Source: Candidatus Poribacteria bacterium (GTDB lineage Bacteria > Poribacteria > WGA-4E > WGA-3G). From it: 64,000 bases of DNA. Each line of letters begins with the position of its first letter. Within the stretch, counting starts at the first letter, position 1. Positions 1 through 8,451 of the stretch are shown in pieces. The notes beneath the pieces are model-generated. The model was not told where the DNA came from and searched no databases. It saw only the letters and a program-made list of their open reading frames with translations. The position numbers and the translations under genes are program-made. The DNA lies in NCBI GenBank assembly GCA_965197475.1, contig CBDANF010000002.1, positions 64,001-128,000 on the forward strand, given 5' to 3'.

Positions 1-704
1 CCTTCCAGGAGCAAAATTTTCGCTTTTCCAAAATGACTGGCAGATGGACAAACTTCAGGCAAAATAGTTTTCGGGACATTAAAAATTTCCAAAAGTGTCT
101 CATCCCAGCAAAGGGTATTGATGTTAAAGAGCAGTGTTCGCGACGCGTTCGTGTAATCGGTTTTATGAACCGTGCCGTTTGTCAACTTCCACAGGAGCCA
201 TGTATCAATAGTTCCAAAAGCAAGTTCACCGCGTTCTGCCCTTGCTCGTGCTCCGCTCACTTCGTCCAGAATCCAAGCCACCTTTGTCCCTGAGAAATAA
301 GGGTCAATCACAAGACCAGTTTTTGCTTTTACATGTGCTGCAATACTTGCTTGTGCCTTGAGTTCGGCGCAAACATCGGCTGTGCGGCGGCATTGCCATA
401 CAATCGCTGGATAGATTGGCTTTCCAGTCTTTTTATCCCACACAATCGTAGTTTCACGTTGATTGGCAATACCGATTGCCGAGATACTGCTTTTAATTCC
501 ATGCTGATGTAACACATCCGCAATAGCCTCTTGCGTAACATCCCAAATCTCATCAGGGTCATGTTCCACCCATCCCGGTTTCGGATAATGTTGAGCGAAT
601 TCCCGATACGCTTGAGATACGATGTTGCCACGCGTATCTACAAGTAGTACTATCGAACCAGTTGTCCCTTGGTCAATTGAGAGAATGTAAGCAGAACTTG
701 GCAT
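1..704 (-). CDS. glpK: Glycerol kinase (N-terminal part, runs off window start)
   Basis: Manual translation from ATG at 704 gives [50 protein letters not shown] and [11 protein letters not shown], all FGGY/GlpK motifs. Absent from the ORF track because it is truncated. Confidence 0.93.
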   Translation of the reverse strand, partial: MPSSAYILSIDQGTTGSIVLLVDTRGNIVSQAYREFAQHYPKPGWVEHDPDEIWDVTQEAIADVLHQHGIKSSISAIGIANQRETTIVWDKKTGKPIYPAIVWQCRRTADVCAELKAQASIAAHVKAKTGLVIDPYFSGTKVAWILDEVSGARARAERGELAFGTIDTWLLWKLTNGTVHKTDYTNASRTLLFNINTLCWDETLLEIFNVPKTILPEVCPSASHFGKAKILLLE

Positions 705-881
705 TTTTGTACCAATACAACTCTAATTTCCCTTATTTTAGCCTATACGTAGAAGTTAATCAAGCGAAATCTAAATCGAACGAACATTACTCCAGAACAT
801 AGTGTGTGCTACTGAATCCGACTCATCCTCAATCATTCCGACCCTATCAAACGAGTAAAAGCGAATACGTTTTAAAATAAG

Positions 882-910
882 TTGCAAATTCAATACAAAA
901 ATGCTATAAT
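882..910 (+). promoter_or_regulatory. Putative sigma70 promoter upstream of the S55 peptidase gene pair
   Basis: TTGCAA (882-887), 17-bp spacer, TGC-TATAAT (extended -10, 905-910). Confidence 0.5.
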
Positions 911-1249
911 TGCCCATAGTAAAATGAAAAAGAAATACGTTTCTTATTACACCATCAAACTGTCTCTGTCAACTATAGACAACTGAAGAATTGTTGGATA
1001 TTTTATTAGAAAGTTCAGGTTTGACATCATATATTGGAATATTCATCAGAATAAATATATTTTTCGGTTGACACGATTCAGGTTTGCATGGTATTTTAAA
1101 TCAATTAGCAAATTAAACTGATTTTTGTAATTCTAAAGTATTTTGTTGTGTGACAAAAAATTACGCATCTCAACTTTTGAGAGTATCGCTCGGTTTTCTG
1201 CTCGTCATACACGATAACCAATTTTCAAAAATCAGAGAGGAGTAACATA

Positions 1250-3139
1250 GTGAAAAAAGTTTTGCTTTGTGCGCTTGTGGTATTCTGCTTGGCTGCACTC
1301 CACGCGAATGCACAGATTAAATGGGACGTTGAAAAGTTTATACCGTTGTCTGAGGTGAAAGTGGGCATGACAGGAAAGGGTTACACAGTATTTTCTGGAA
1401 CAACGGTTGAAGAATTTGATTTAGTAGTAGTGAGTATTGAGTACAACTCGTCCCCGAATTGGCATGTTGTATGGGCAGAAGGTACCAGTGAAAACTTCAA
1501 ACGTACTGGTGTTGCAGGTGGTATGAGCGGCAGCCCAATATACATTGATGGCAGGCTTATGGGTGCCATCTCGCTTGGCTATTTCAATCAGCGCGAACGC
1601 TCAAATCTCTTTGGGATAACACCTATTGAATTAATGGTGAAGGTTGCAAAACGCGGCATGAAACCCAACCTATTATATGCGGGTGCTCAATTCTCTGACA
1701 TCGGATCGGAATATGTATCGGAAGGTCTTAATATGGTTCCTTCGCTTATTCCTGAAGGTAACAGAGTTCTACGCCAAAACCCTTTTGATAATGGCAGCCT
1801 GACGTCAAATAACAACCTGAATACCCAAGAATATTCATTACAGTTAGCAATACCTGTCGCGCTTCCAAGACTTGATGCAGCAACGATGCAGCTGCTTAAG
1901 CCGTTTTTTGAAAGAGGGAATATGGTACCTGTCCAAGCAGCCGGAGGGGGCGGTCCTGGAAAAAAATCCCCCGTAGAAGCGGGTCAAATAATAGGTACAG
2001 AGGCGATACGGGGGGATGTTTCAGCTTTTGGTTATGGAACTATCACCTACATTGACAAAAACAAAAAAGAATTACTCGCTTATGGCCATTCAGCTAGTGG
2101 TGAAGGTAATGTGAACCTACCACTTTCCGGTGGATATGTGCACTTCATTCTTCCCAGCCGCACGCGATCATCCAAAATAGCATCCCCAACACAACCGATT
2201 GGAACTTTGGTGCAAGATCGAGTCCCCGCAATTGCTGGACTAATTGAAAAACTTCCGAACAATCATCATTATATTCCGGTGACGGCAAAAGTCCAAACAA
2301 CCGATATGAAAGTGCATGATTTGTACTATGAAGCGGCTCGCGACAAGATTTTCACAGCAAGTTATGCGGCTTCTGGTATTTCAGGTTTAGTAAACGCTCT
2401 GGAATTCTCTGGGAATGATCACACAGTTAATGTCCAGGCAAAAATAACACTTGAAGATCAACCAGAATTAGACAATAGAGAAATTGTCTTAAAAAACGTA
2501 TTTTCTTCAAGCGGATCACCTGGATTTAACGTCTCACGAACGATTTTATTCCCTATGCTGGACTTGATAGTTAATCCCTATGCCAAAGTCAAAATAGAGT
2601 CTGTTGACTTTGATATTAAAATTGAGGATAAACGAAAAACCGCCTCAATTCTTACAGCTCGGCTTGATAAACTTGTCTACCGTCCTGGTGAAGAAGTTAA
2701 GGTAACGTTTACATTACGTCCTTATCTTGAGCAACCGAAAACGTTGACAGGGAAAATTACAATTCCGAAGGACACACCTGATGGGATCATTTTGCTTCGC
2801 GCGATGAGTTCAAGTTCATATCAAGGATGGCAGCGTACTCGTGCCCCATATAATTTTCGTCCGAAAAATATCAATCAGTTGATCAAGTTATTGCAAGACG
2901 GCGAACCGAATACAAATCTCATCTTAGAACTCTCTGTGCAACGACCCGGATTAACCGTTCAGGGTGAGGAATTCCCCGATCTTCCCATTTCGGTAATGTC
3001 TGTGATGAACACAGCTATGCGAATTGGAGAAAGTGGTTATACTTTTGGTACAGTTTTACACACTGATAAGGTTGAGACAAATTACCTTCTCACCAACAGT
3101 ACGTCAATGCCGATAGCCGTTAATAGAAATGCTCAATAA
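1250..3139 (+). CDS. Secreted SpoIVB/peptidase S55 domain protein
   Basis: Signal peptide; GMTGKGYTVFSGT, GVAGGMSGSPIYIDGRLMGA and LLAYGH motifs; AGGAG RBS before the GTG start. Confidence 0.85.
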   Translation: MKKVLLCALVVFCLAALHANAQIKWDVEKFIPLSEVKVGMTGKGYTVFSGTTVEEFDLVVVSIEYNSSPNWHVVWAEGTSENFKRTGVAGGMSGSPIYIDGRLMGAISLGYFNQRERSNLFGITPIELMVKVAKRGMKPNLLYAGAQFSDIGSEYVSEGLNMVPSLIPEGNRVLRQNPFDNGSLTSNNNLNTQEYSLQLAIPVALPRLDAATMQLLKPFFERGNMVPVQAAGGGGPGKKSPVEAGQIIGTEAIRGDVSAFGYGTITYIDKNKKELLAYGHSASGEGNVNLPLSGGYVHFILPSRTRSSKIASPTQPIGTLVQDRVPAIAGLIEKLPNNHHYIPVTAKVQTTDMKVHDLYYEAARDKIFTASYAASGISGLVNALEFSGNDHTVNVQAKITLEDQPELDNREIVLKNVFSSSGSPGFNVSRTILFPMLDLIVNPYAKVKIESVDFDIKIEDKRKTASILTARLDKLVYRPGEEVKVTFTLRPYLEQPKTLTGKITIPKDTPDGIILLRAMSSSSYQGWQRTRAPYNFRPKNINQLIKLLQDGEPNTNLILELSVQRPGLTVQGEEFPDLPISVMSVMNTAMRIGESGYTFGTVLHTDKVETNYLLTNSTSMPIAVNRNAQ

Positions 3140-3198
3140 TTCTAAACCAGGATTTTCTTATTTCATATTTTTGCGCAATTAACAGGAGGATATGTTTT

Positions 3199-5298
3199 AT
3201 GCGCCGTTTCTTTTCCTTTTGGAGCCTAATGGCAACAACCTTGATTTTCGTAAGCCTCGCTTCAGCCGTGACTACGTCGTTGTGGGAACAACATCGTAGT
3301 ACGGATTTTGAAGCAGGTGAGATCAAAAATATTTCAGTTTCAAGCCAAGGAGATGCTAAGTTATCTCTCAAAATAGAAGACTTCTCAGAAGTTAAAGAGG
3401 CTCAGGTGTGGGCACTCGCTGAAGATTCTGAGGGGAATATCTATGCTGGGACAGGCAACGAAGGCAAAATCTACAAAATTAGTGCAGATGGTAAGACATC
3501 TGAGCTCTATTACGATTCACCAGAGGTTACTATTTTCAGTCTCGTCGTTGGAGCAGATGATACGCTGTATGCTGGCACAGGACCCGACGGTTTGGTCTAT
3601 AAAATTACAGATGAAGACACACCACCAAAAACAATACTGAGCAAAGGCGATAAGTATGTTTGGGCAATGCATCTGGACGACGATGGAAATCTTTACGCAG
3701 CTACCGGAACTGAGGGTAAAATTTACAAAATCACACCTGATGGCGAATCCAGTGTTTTCTTTGATACCGAAGAAAAAAATATCGTATCTTTGGTTGCGTT
3801 TGATGGTGGATTTTATGCTGGCAGCAGTGGTAACGGAATTATCTATAAGATCATGGACGATGGATCAGCAAATGTGATATACCAAGCCAAAGAAAAAGAG
3901 ATTCGTGACTTGGTTATGGATAGTGAAGGGAACGTCTATGCCTCGGCGGTCACATCAGTTCCGATGGACAGAGGCAGTAGTCGTCAAAGCAGAGGTCCTG
4001 CTGTTCCTGCACCGCAGGCACCAGGTAGCGGTCCTCCAAAAGAAAACAAATCCTATATCTATAGGTTACACCCTGATGGAACTACGGCATTGGTGTGGAG
4101 TTCTCCAGAACCGCTCATCTCAGCCATCGTTTTGGAAAATGATAAACAAATTTTAGTTGGAACCGGAAGTAATGGGAAATTATATCGTGTAAATCCAAAA
4201 ACTGGTGATTATGCAGCTGTCGGTAAATCTTCAGGAAAGGATATCGTAGCGATACTCCAGACGAAGCATGCGGATGACATGAAAACTATCCTTGGTGCCG
4301 GTAACCCAGGAAAACTATTCACTCTTACATCCACGCGTGTTGAGGAAGGAACACTTGAATCCTCAGTCCATAACGCACAAAGTTTGTCACGATGGGGTAA
4401 ACTCTCGTGGGAAGCTGAGGTAGAAGAGGGTACTTCAATAACCTTTGCTACTCGTTCCGGTAATACTCGCAAACCGGATGATACGTGGAACAAATGGTCA
4501 GAAGAACTTACGACCCCAGAAGGTTCGCAAATTCCGAATGCAGATGGACAGTACATCCAGTGGCGCGCGAAATTCACTACTACTGATGCGGCGAAAACAC
4601 CTGTTCTGAAAAAAGTAACACTCGCCTCCGCACAGACAAATGTTGAACCGAAGTTTTCCAGCGTCAGTATTGGTGCGGGGCGCAGCAGTTCGCAACGACC
4701 GTCTGCTGGACCTCCTTCACCAAGTAGTTCAAGTAGAGGAGCACCCGCTTCTTCACCAAAAAGATGGAAAATTGAGTGGAAGGTAGAAGATACCAATAAG
4801 GATACCTTACAGTTTACCGTATACTATAAAGCGGTTGATGAAGAAAATTGGCAACTCCTTAAAAAGGAACTTTCCAGTCCCAATTATGATTGGGATATCA
4901 CCTCTATCGCTGATGGCAGATACGAAGTAAAGGTTGTCGCAACTGACAAGTTGAGCAACCCAGTAGGATGGGAAAAATCTGCTTATAAGGTTAGCGCACC
5001 GGTTAATGTGGATAATACCGATCCTGATGTCGGTGAAATCCATGTTGAACCAAACGAGGACGGGACATTTAAAATTACTTGTGACGTTTCAGATATGATG
5101 AACACTGTCGAAAAAGCAGTTTACAAAATTGATAACGACGAAAAGTGGAAAGTTATTTTCCCTGACGACGGTATCTTTGACTCTAAAGAAGAGCAGCTGC
5201 TATTGAAAACTAGTAAGTTACCTGAAGGTGCACATAGCATTACAATTCGTGTGACCGATAGAGCACAGAATGTTGCAACAGGTCGAGAAAGTTTCTAA
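3199..5298 (+). CDS. Secreted beta-propeller protein with C-terminal Ig/FN3-like domains
   Basis: Signal peptide; repeated xYAGTGxxGxIYKI blades; C-terminal DGRYEVKVVATD and LPEGAHSITIRVTDRAQN beta-sandwich motifs. Confidence 0.75.
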   Translation: MRRFFSFWSLMATTLIFVSLASAVTTSLWEQHRSTDFEAGEIKNISVSSQGDAKLSLKIEDFSEVKEAQVWALAEDSEGNIYAGTGNEGKIYKISADGKTSELYYDSPEVTIFSLVVGADDTLYAGTGPDGLVYKITDEDTPPKTILSKGDKYVWAMHLDDDGNLYAATGTEGKIYKITPDGESSVFFDTEEKNIVSLVAFDGGFYAGSSGNGIIYKIMDDGSANVIYQAKEKEIRDLVMDSEGNVYASAVTSVPMDRGSSRQSRGPAVPAPQAPGSGPPKENKSYIYRLHPDGTTALVWSSPEPLISAIVLENDKQILVGTGSNGKLYRVNPKTGDYAAVGKSSGKDIVAILQTKHADDMKTILGAGNPGKLFTLTSTRVEEGTLESSVHNAQSLSRWGKLSWEAEVEEGTSITFATRSGNTRKPDDTWNKWSEELTTPEGSQIPNADGQYIQWRAKFTTTDAAKTPVLKKVTLASAQTNVEPKFSSVSIGAGRSSSQRPSAGPPSPSSSSRGAPASSPKRWKIEWKVEDTNKDTLQFTVYYKAVDEENWQLLKKELSSPNYDWDITSIADGRYEVKVVATDKLSNPVGWEKSAYKVSAPVNVDNTDPDVGEIHVEPNEDGTFKITCDVSDMMNTVEKAVYKIDNDEKWKVIFPDDGIFDSKEEQLLLKTSKLPEGAHSITIRVTDRAQNVATGRESF

Positions 5299-5322
5299 AC
5301 ACTACGATTGTAGCAACTATTT

Positions 5323-5359
5323 GTAGGGCGGGTTAATTATAACCTGCCCTACTTTTTTT
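5323..5359 (+). terminator. Intrinsic terminator / REP-like hairpin
   Basis: GTAGGGCGGGTTA..TAACCTGCCCTAC stem followed by T7, just after the 5298 stop. Confidence 0.7.
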
Positions 5360-5364
5360 ATTGT

Positions 5365-5485
5365 CAGGACTTACGCAATGTGTTTAAAAGTCCCACTGAT
5401 AAGGGGGATTTAGGGGGTTAAAAGCACCAAATTCTGCCTATTTAACCCCCTAACCCCCTTATCAAGGGGGAATGCGTAAGTCCTG
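5365..5485. mobile_element. MITE (121 bp) with 13-bp TIR and 5-bp TSD
   Basis: CAGGACTTACGCA...TGCGTAAGTCCTG flanked by ATTGT on both sides; internal GATAAGGGGG/TTAGGGGGTTAAA inverted repeat. Confidence 0.8.
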
Positions 5486-5569
5486 ATTGTAATACCCAAT
5501 TGACTTGATTAGACGTCTTGAGATAAAGTGGGCATTGCGAGGCACGGGGACCTCGCGCTACAAATCGTG

Positions 5570-6949
5570 TTAATTGGATATTACTTCAGAAATAGAACGG
5601 TAAGTTATATCAAGGAGGGAATCCAATTCAGATATTGATATTTGTAAAGGTGGCATCAGGACGATAGTATTGACAAGTGGTCGGAGTATTGCACCTTGAG
5701 TAAGTGCAAATTTGCATACCCGGATACCTACCTTCTCTTCAAACGGATAAGGGGTGTAGGTGTTCGGGTTTTTCATTAATTCTATGCCTGCAGCCATGCC
5801 ACAGACGCGCACATCGCCGACGTGCGGCAGCGCGTAGAATTCCTCAAGACGTTTTTTGAAATGTTTGATAGTTACTCGAAGACGATCAAGGAGATTTTCT
5901 CGTTCAAAAATTGCGATATTTTCTAACGCCACGGCACAAGCTAACGGATTTCCTGTGAATGTATGACCGTGAAAAAAGGTTTTGAGGTCGCGATATTCCC
6001 CAAGGAAGGCGTTATAAATCTCATCAGTGGTTAGCGTTGCTGCGAGTGGCAGATAACCGGCTGCGAGACCTTTTGCCGTGCATAAAAGGTCTGGCGAAAC
6101 GTTCTCATGTTCACATGCCCACATTTCTCCGGTGCGTCCAAACCCTGTCATCACTTCATCAACGATGAGAAGGGTTCCCCACTTTTTCGCTAACGCGGCA
6201 AGTTCCTGCAGAAAGCCTTTCGGAGCGATTAACATACCACCCGCTCCTTGTATTAACGGTTCTAAAATGATACCTGCTACTTGTCCGGGATGTTCGGAGA
6301 AGACGCGTTCTACCGCATTGAGCCAACGCGTCTTTATTCCGTCAGCGGAATCGTTTTGAGTTGCGTTTTTAGACTTAGCGGATCGATAGGTTTCGGTAGC
6401 GGAAACGCGGATACTTTTAAAAAGAAGGGAATTAAAGGTGCTATGAAAACTCTCAATACCCCCTACACTCATTGCACCGACTGTGTCTCCGTGGTAGGCT
6501 TTATCAAAATGAACAAATAGTTTGCGATGCGGCTGTCCTTTATGCTGCCAGTACTGAAACGCGATCTTCAGTGCGACTTCAACCGCAGTTGAACCGTTAT
6601 CGGAGTAGAAAACCTTATTGAGACCAATGGGGGTGATTTCAGCCAGTTTTTGGGCAAGTTGGATGGCTGGAATGTTACTGTAACCGAGCAGCGTGGAATG
6701 TGCGATCTTATCTAACTGGGTTTTAAGTGCGGCGTTTAGGTCCGGATGATTGTGTCCATGAACGTTCGTCCACATAGAGGCGATCCCATCAAGATATCGA
6801 TTTCCGTCAATATCAATCAGGTAAACCCCATCGCCGCGTTCAATAATAACAGGGTCCTCCGTCAACCAATCACGCATCTGTGTGAAAGGATGCCAGAGGT
6901 AATCTTTATCCCAAGCAGTTAACTGCTCTCTATCCCTTAAGTTTTGCAT
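5570..6949 (-). CDS. bioA: Adenosylmethionine-8-amino-7-oxononanoate aminotransferase
   Basis: LWHPFTQM, DGIASMWTNVHGH, AYHGDT, DEVMTGFGRTG, CTAKGLAAGYLPLA (PLP lysine), FFHGHTFTGNP. Confidence 0.95.
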   Translation of the reverse strand: MQNLRDREQLTAWDKDYLWHPFTQMRDWLTEDPVIIERGDGVYLIDIDGNRYLDGIASMWTNVHGHNHPDLNAALKTQLDKIAHSTLLGYSNIPAIQLAQKLAEITPIGLNKVFYSDNGSTAVEVALKIAFQYWQHKGQPHRKLFVHFDKAYHGDTVGAMSVGGIESFHSTFNSLLFKSIRVSATETYRSAKSKNATQNDSADGIKTRWLNAVERVFSEHPGQVAGIILEPLIQGAGGMLIAPKGFLQELAALAKKWGTLLIVDEVMTGFGRTGEMWACEHENVSPDLLCTAKGLAAGYLPLAATLTTDEIYNAFLGEYRDLKTFFHGHTFTGNPLACAVALENIAIFERENLLDRLRVTIKHFKKRLEEFYALPHVGDVRVCGMAAGIELMKNPNTYTPYPFEEKVGIRVCKFALTQGAILRPLVNTIVLMPPLQISISELDSLLDITYRSISEVISN

Positions 6950-8225
6950 AGTGAACAGGAAGTTCTAACGCAAGTTGATCATACGTTCCTGCCTTTGGCA
7001 CGACAATTTCCAGCACTCTATTCCGATACTTTGCATGGAAATCCTCTGGCTGCCCTGGAATAGGAAAGATGTTTCTGAATCCGTCAGGAAATGAACTAGT
7101 ACGTCCAACGACCTTCTCAAATCTCCGATCAGCAAATTCTTGTGGTTTCTTAACATCTCTTGGAAGATGCGTTTGCACGGTCAAAACACTCTCTAGCGAG
7201 GGGGAAGCATCTGCTGAAGCATAAGGAGAACTGAGATAAACTTCATAGTCGTAATGTGGCATTCTATCTGGTAGGTCGTATGTCTCTTTGGCTGCAGAAT
7301 TGGGTACCCAACGTGGAAATTCAATTTCTATCTTATAGTGATCAGCCAACTCTAAGACTCGGTTGATCATTCCGTAACGACGGTACCGTTCCTTTATATC
7401 GTCACTGTAAATTGCGCCCTCGGTCTGAATAGCACCAGGCATTGTTGTTCGAGGTGCCGCAGGAGCGGAAACCAAAATAGAACGCATCGCTTTGAAAACT
7501 GGCGTAACGAAGAGTGAGGGAATCCATCCGTAGAACGATGCACCATAGCGAGACTGCTCATCATCCGGAGTTGAAGTGAGTTCATCCTTAAAACGGAATA
7601 TACCTTCAGCAATAGCAATGACTATACCCAAAAAGATCATCAGATTAACTTCAGGGGTAAAAACACTAACACTTTGCCCTTGCGTCTTGATGAAGAAAAG
7701 CACGAGTGGATAAAGAATCAAATTGATTAGACTGTTGATCCCTGTTGAAACCGCGGCACTGAAAACCCAGGAGTTCCCTGCCATTTCTTCTAACTGTGCT
7801 TTAAATTTCGCTGAGAACGCACCAAGGATCGGTTGTCCGAGCATTGCTATTAAACCAAAAGGTTGACGTAGCGATGATCCGACAGCATCTGGCAGCTGCA
7901 CAAATTCTTCTGGAACCCCCTGTTCTTTTCCTTTACTTTGTCCTGTACCGTCAGATTCGTCATCTGTTTTCTCGGGATAAACGAACGTCTCAAAGAATTT
8001 ACTGTTTATATCAATAAACGATTCCCACTGACTTGGAACATCACTTTGCATATAGATCGCTTCCACGGGACACGCGGGTACACATGCTGCACAATCAATA
8101 CACACGTTTGGATCAATGTATAGTTGATTTTCGCCTTCAACGGTATGTATGCAGTGAACAGGACAAACTACAACACATGCGGTGTCTTTTACGTCTATGC
8201 AAGGTTCACAAATTATGTATGCCAT
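6930..8225 (-). CDS. Dicluster ferredoxin fused to a membrane segment and a possible Hsp20-like C-terminal domain
   Basis: Likely start MAYIICEPC at 8225; CIDVKDTACVVVCP and CIDCAACVPACP; hydrophobic helices in the middle; ends YRNRVLEIVVPK. Confidence 0.75.
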   Translation of the reverse strand: MAYIICEPCIDVKDTACVVVCPVHCIHTVEGENQLYIDPNVCIDCAACVPACPVEAIYMQSDVPSQWESFIDINSKFFETFVYPEKTDDESDGTGQSKGKEQGVPEEFVQLPDAVGSSLRQPFGLIAMLGQPILGAFSAKFKAQLEEMAGNSWVFSAAVSTGINSLINLILYPLVLFFIKTQGQSVSVFTPEVNLMIFLGIVIAIAEGIFRFKDELTSTPDDEQSRYGASFYGWIPSLFVTPVFKAMRSILVSAPAAPRTTMPGAIQTEGAIYSDDIKERYRRYGMINRVLELADHYKIEIEFPRWVPNSAAKETYDLPDRMPHYDYEVYLSSPYASADASPSLESVLTVQTHLPRDVKKPQEFADRRFEKVVGRTSSFPDGFRNIFPIPGQPEDFHAKYRNRVLEIVVPKAGTYDQLALELPVHYAKLKG

Positions 8226-8451
8226 TCGTATTTTCGCCTCCTCTTCAAAATACTCCGCTTTAATTATACCACAATTAGTCGTAGATAGCAAGTTCAATCA
8301 ATTCAAAAATTGCTTGATAGAAAAGATGATTTGTGCTAAATTCATGAAAGTAATACCTACCAGTTCATACCTTTTGAGTGAATTCTTCCGAACATTAATA
8401 AATCGCTCCAAATTCTTACTGAAACACAATACTTGGAGAAGCATACCCATT

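Noticed and set aside
33-631. Track ORFs 33-293 and 329-631, and most short ORFs nested in long genes
   Set aside because: They are shadow or alternative-frame ORFs of glpK and other well-supported genes.
8182-8451. N-terminal extension of the WD40 ORF in the track
   Set aside because: It overlaps the divergent ferredoxin gene start; the signal peptide and GGAG RBS point to ATG 8452.
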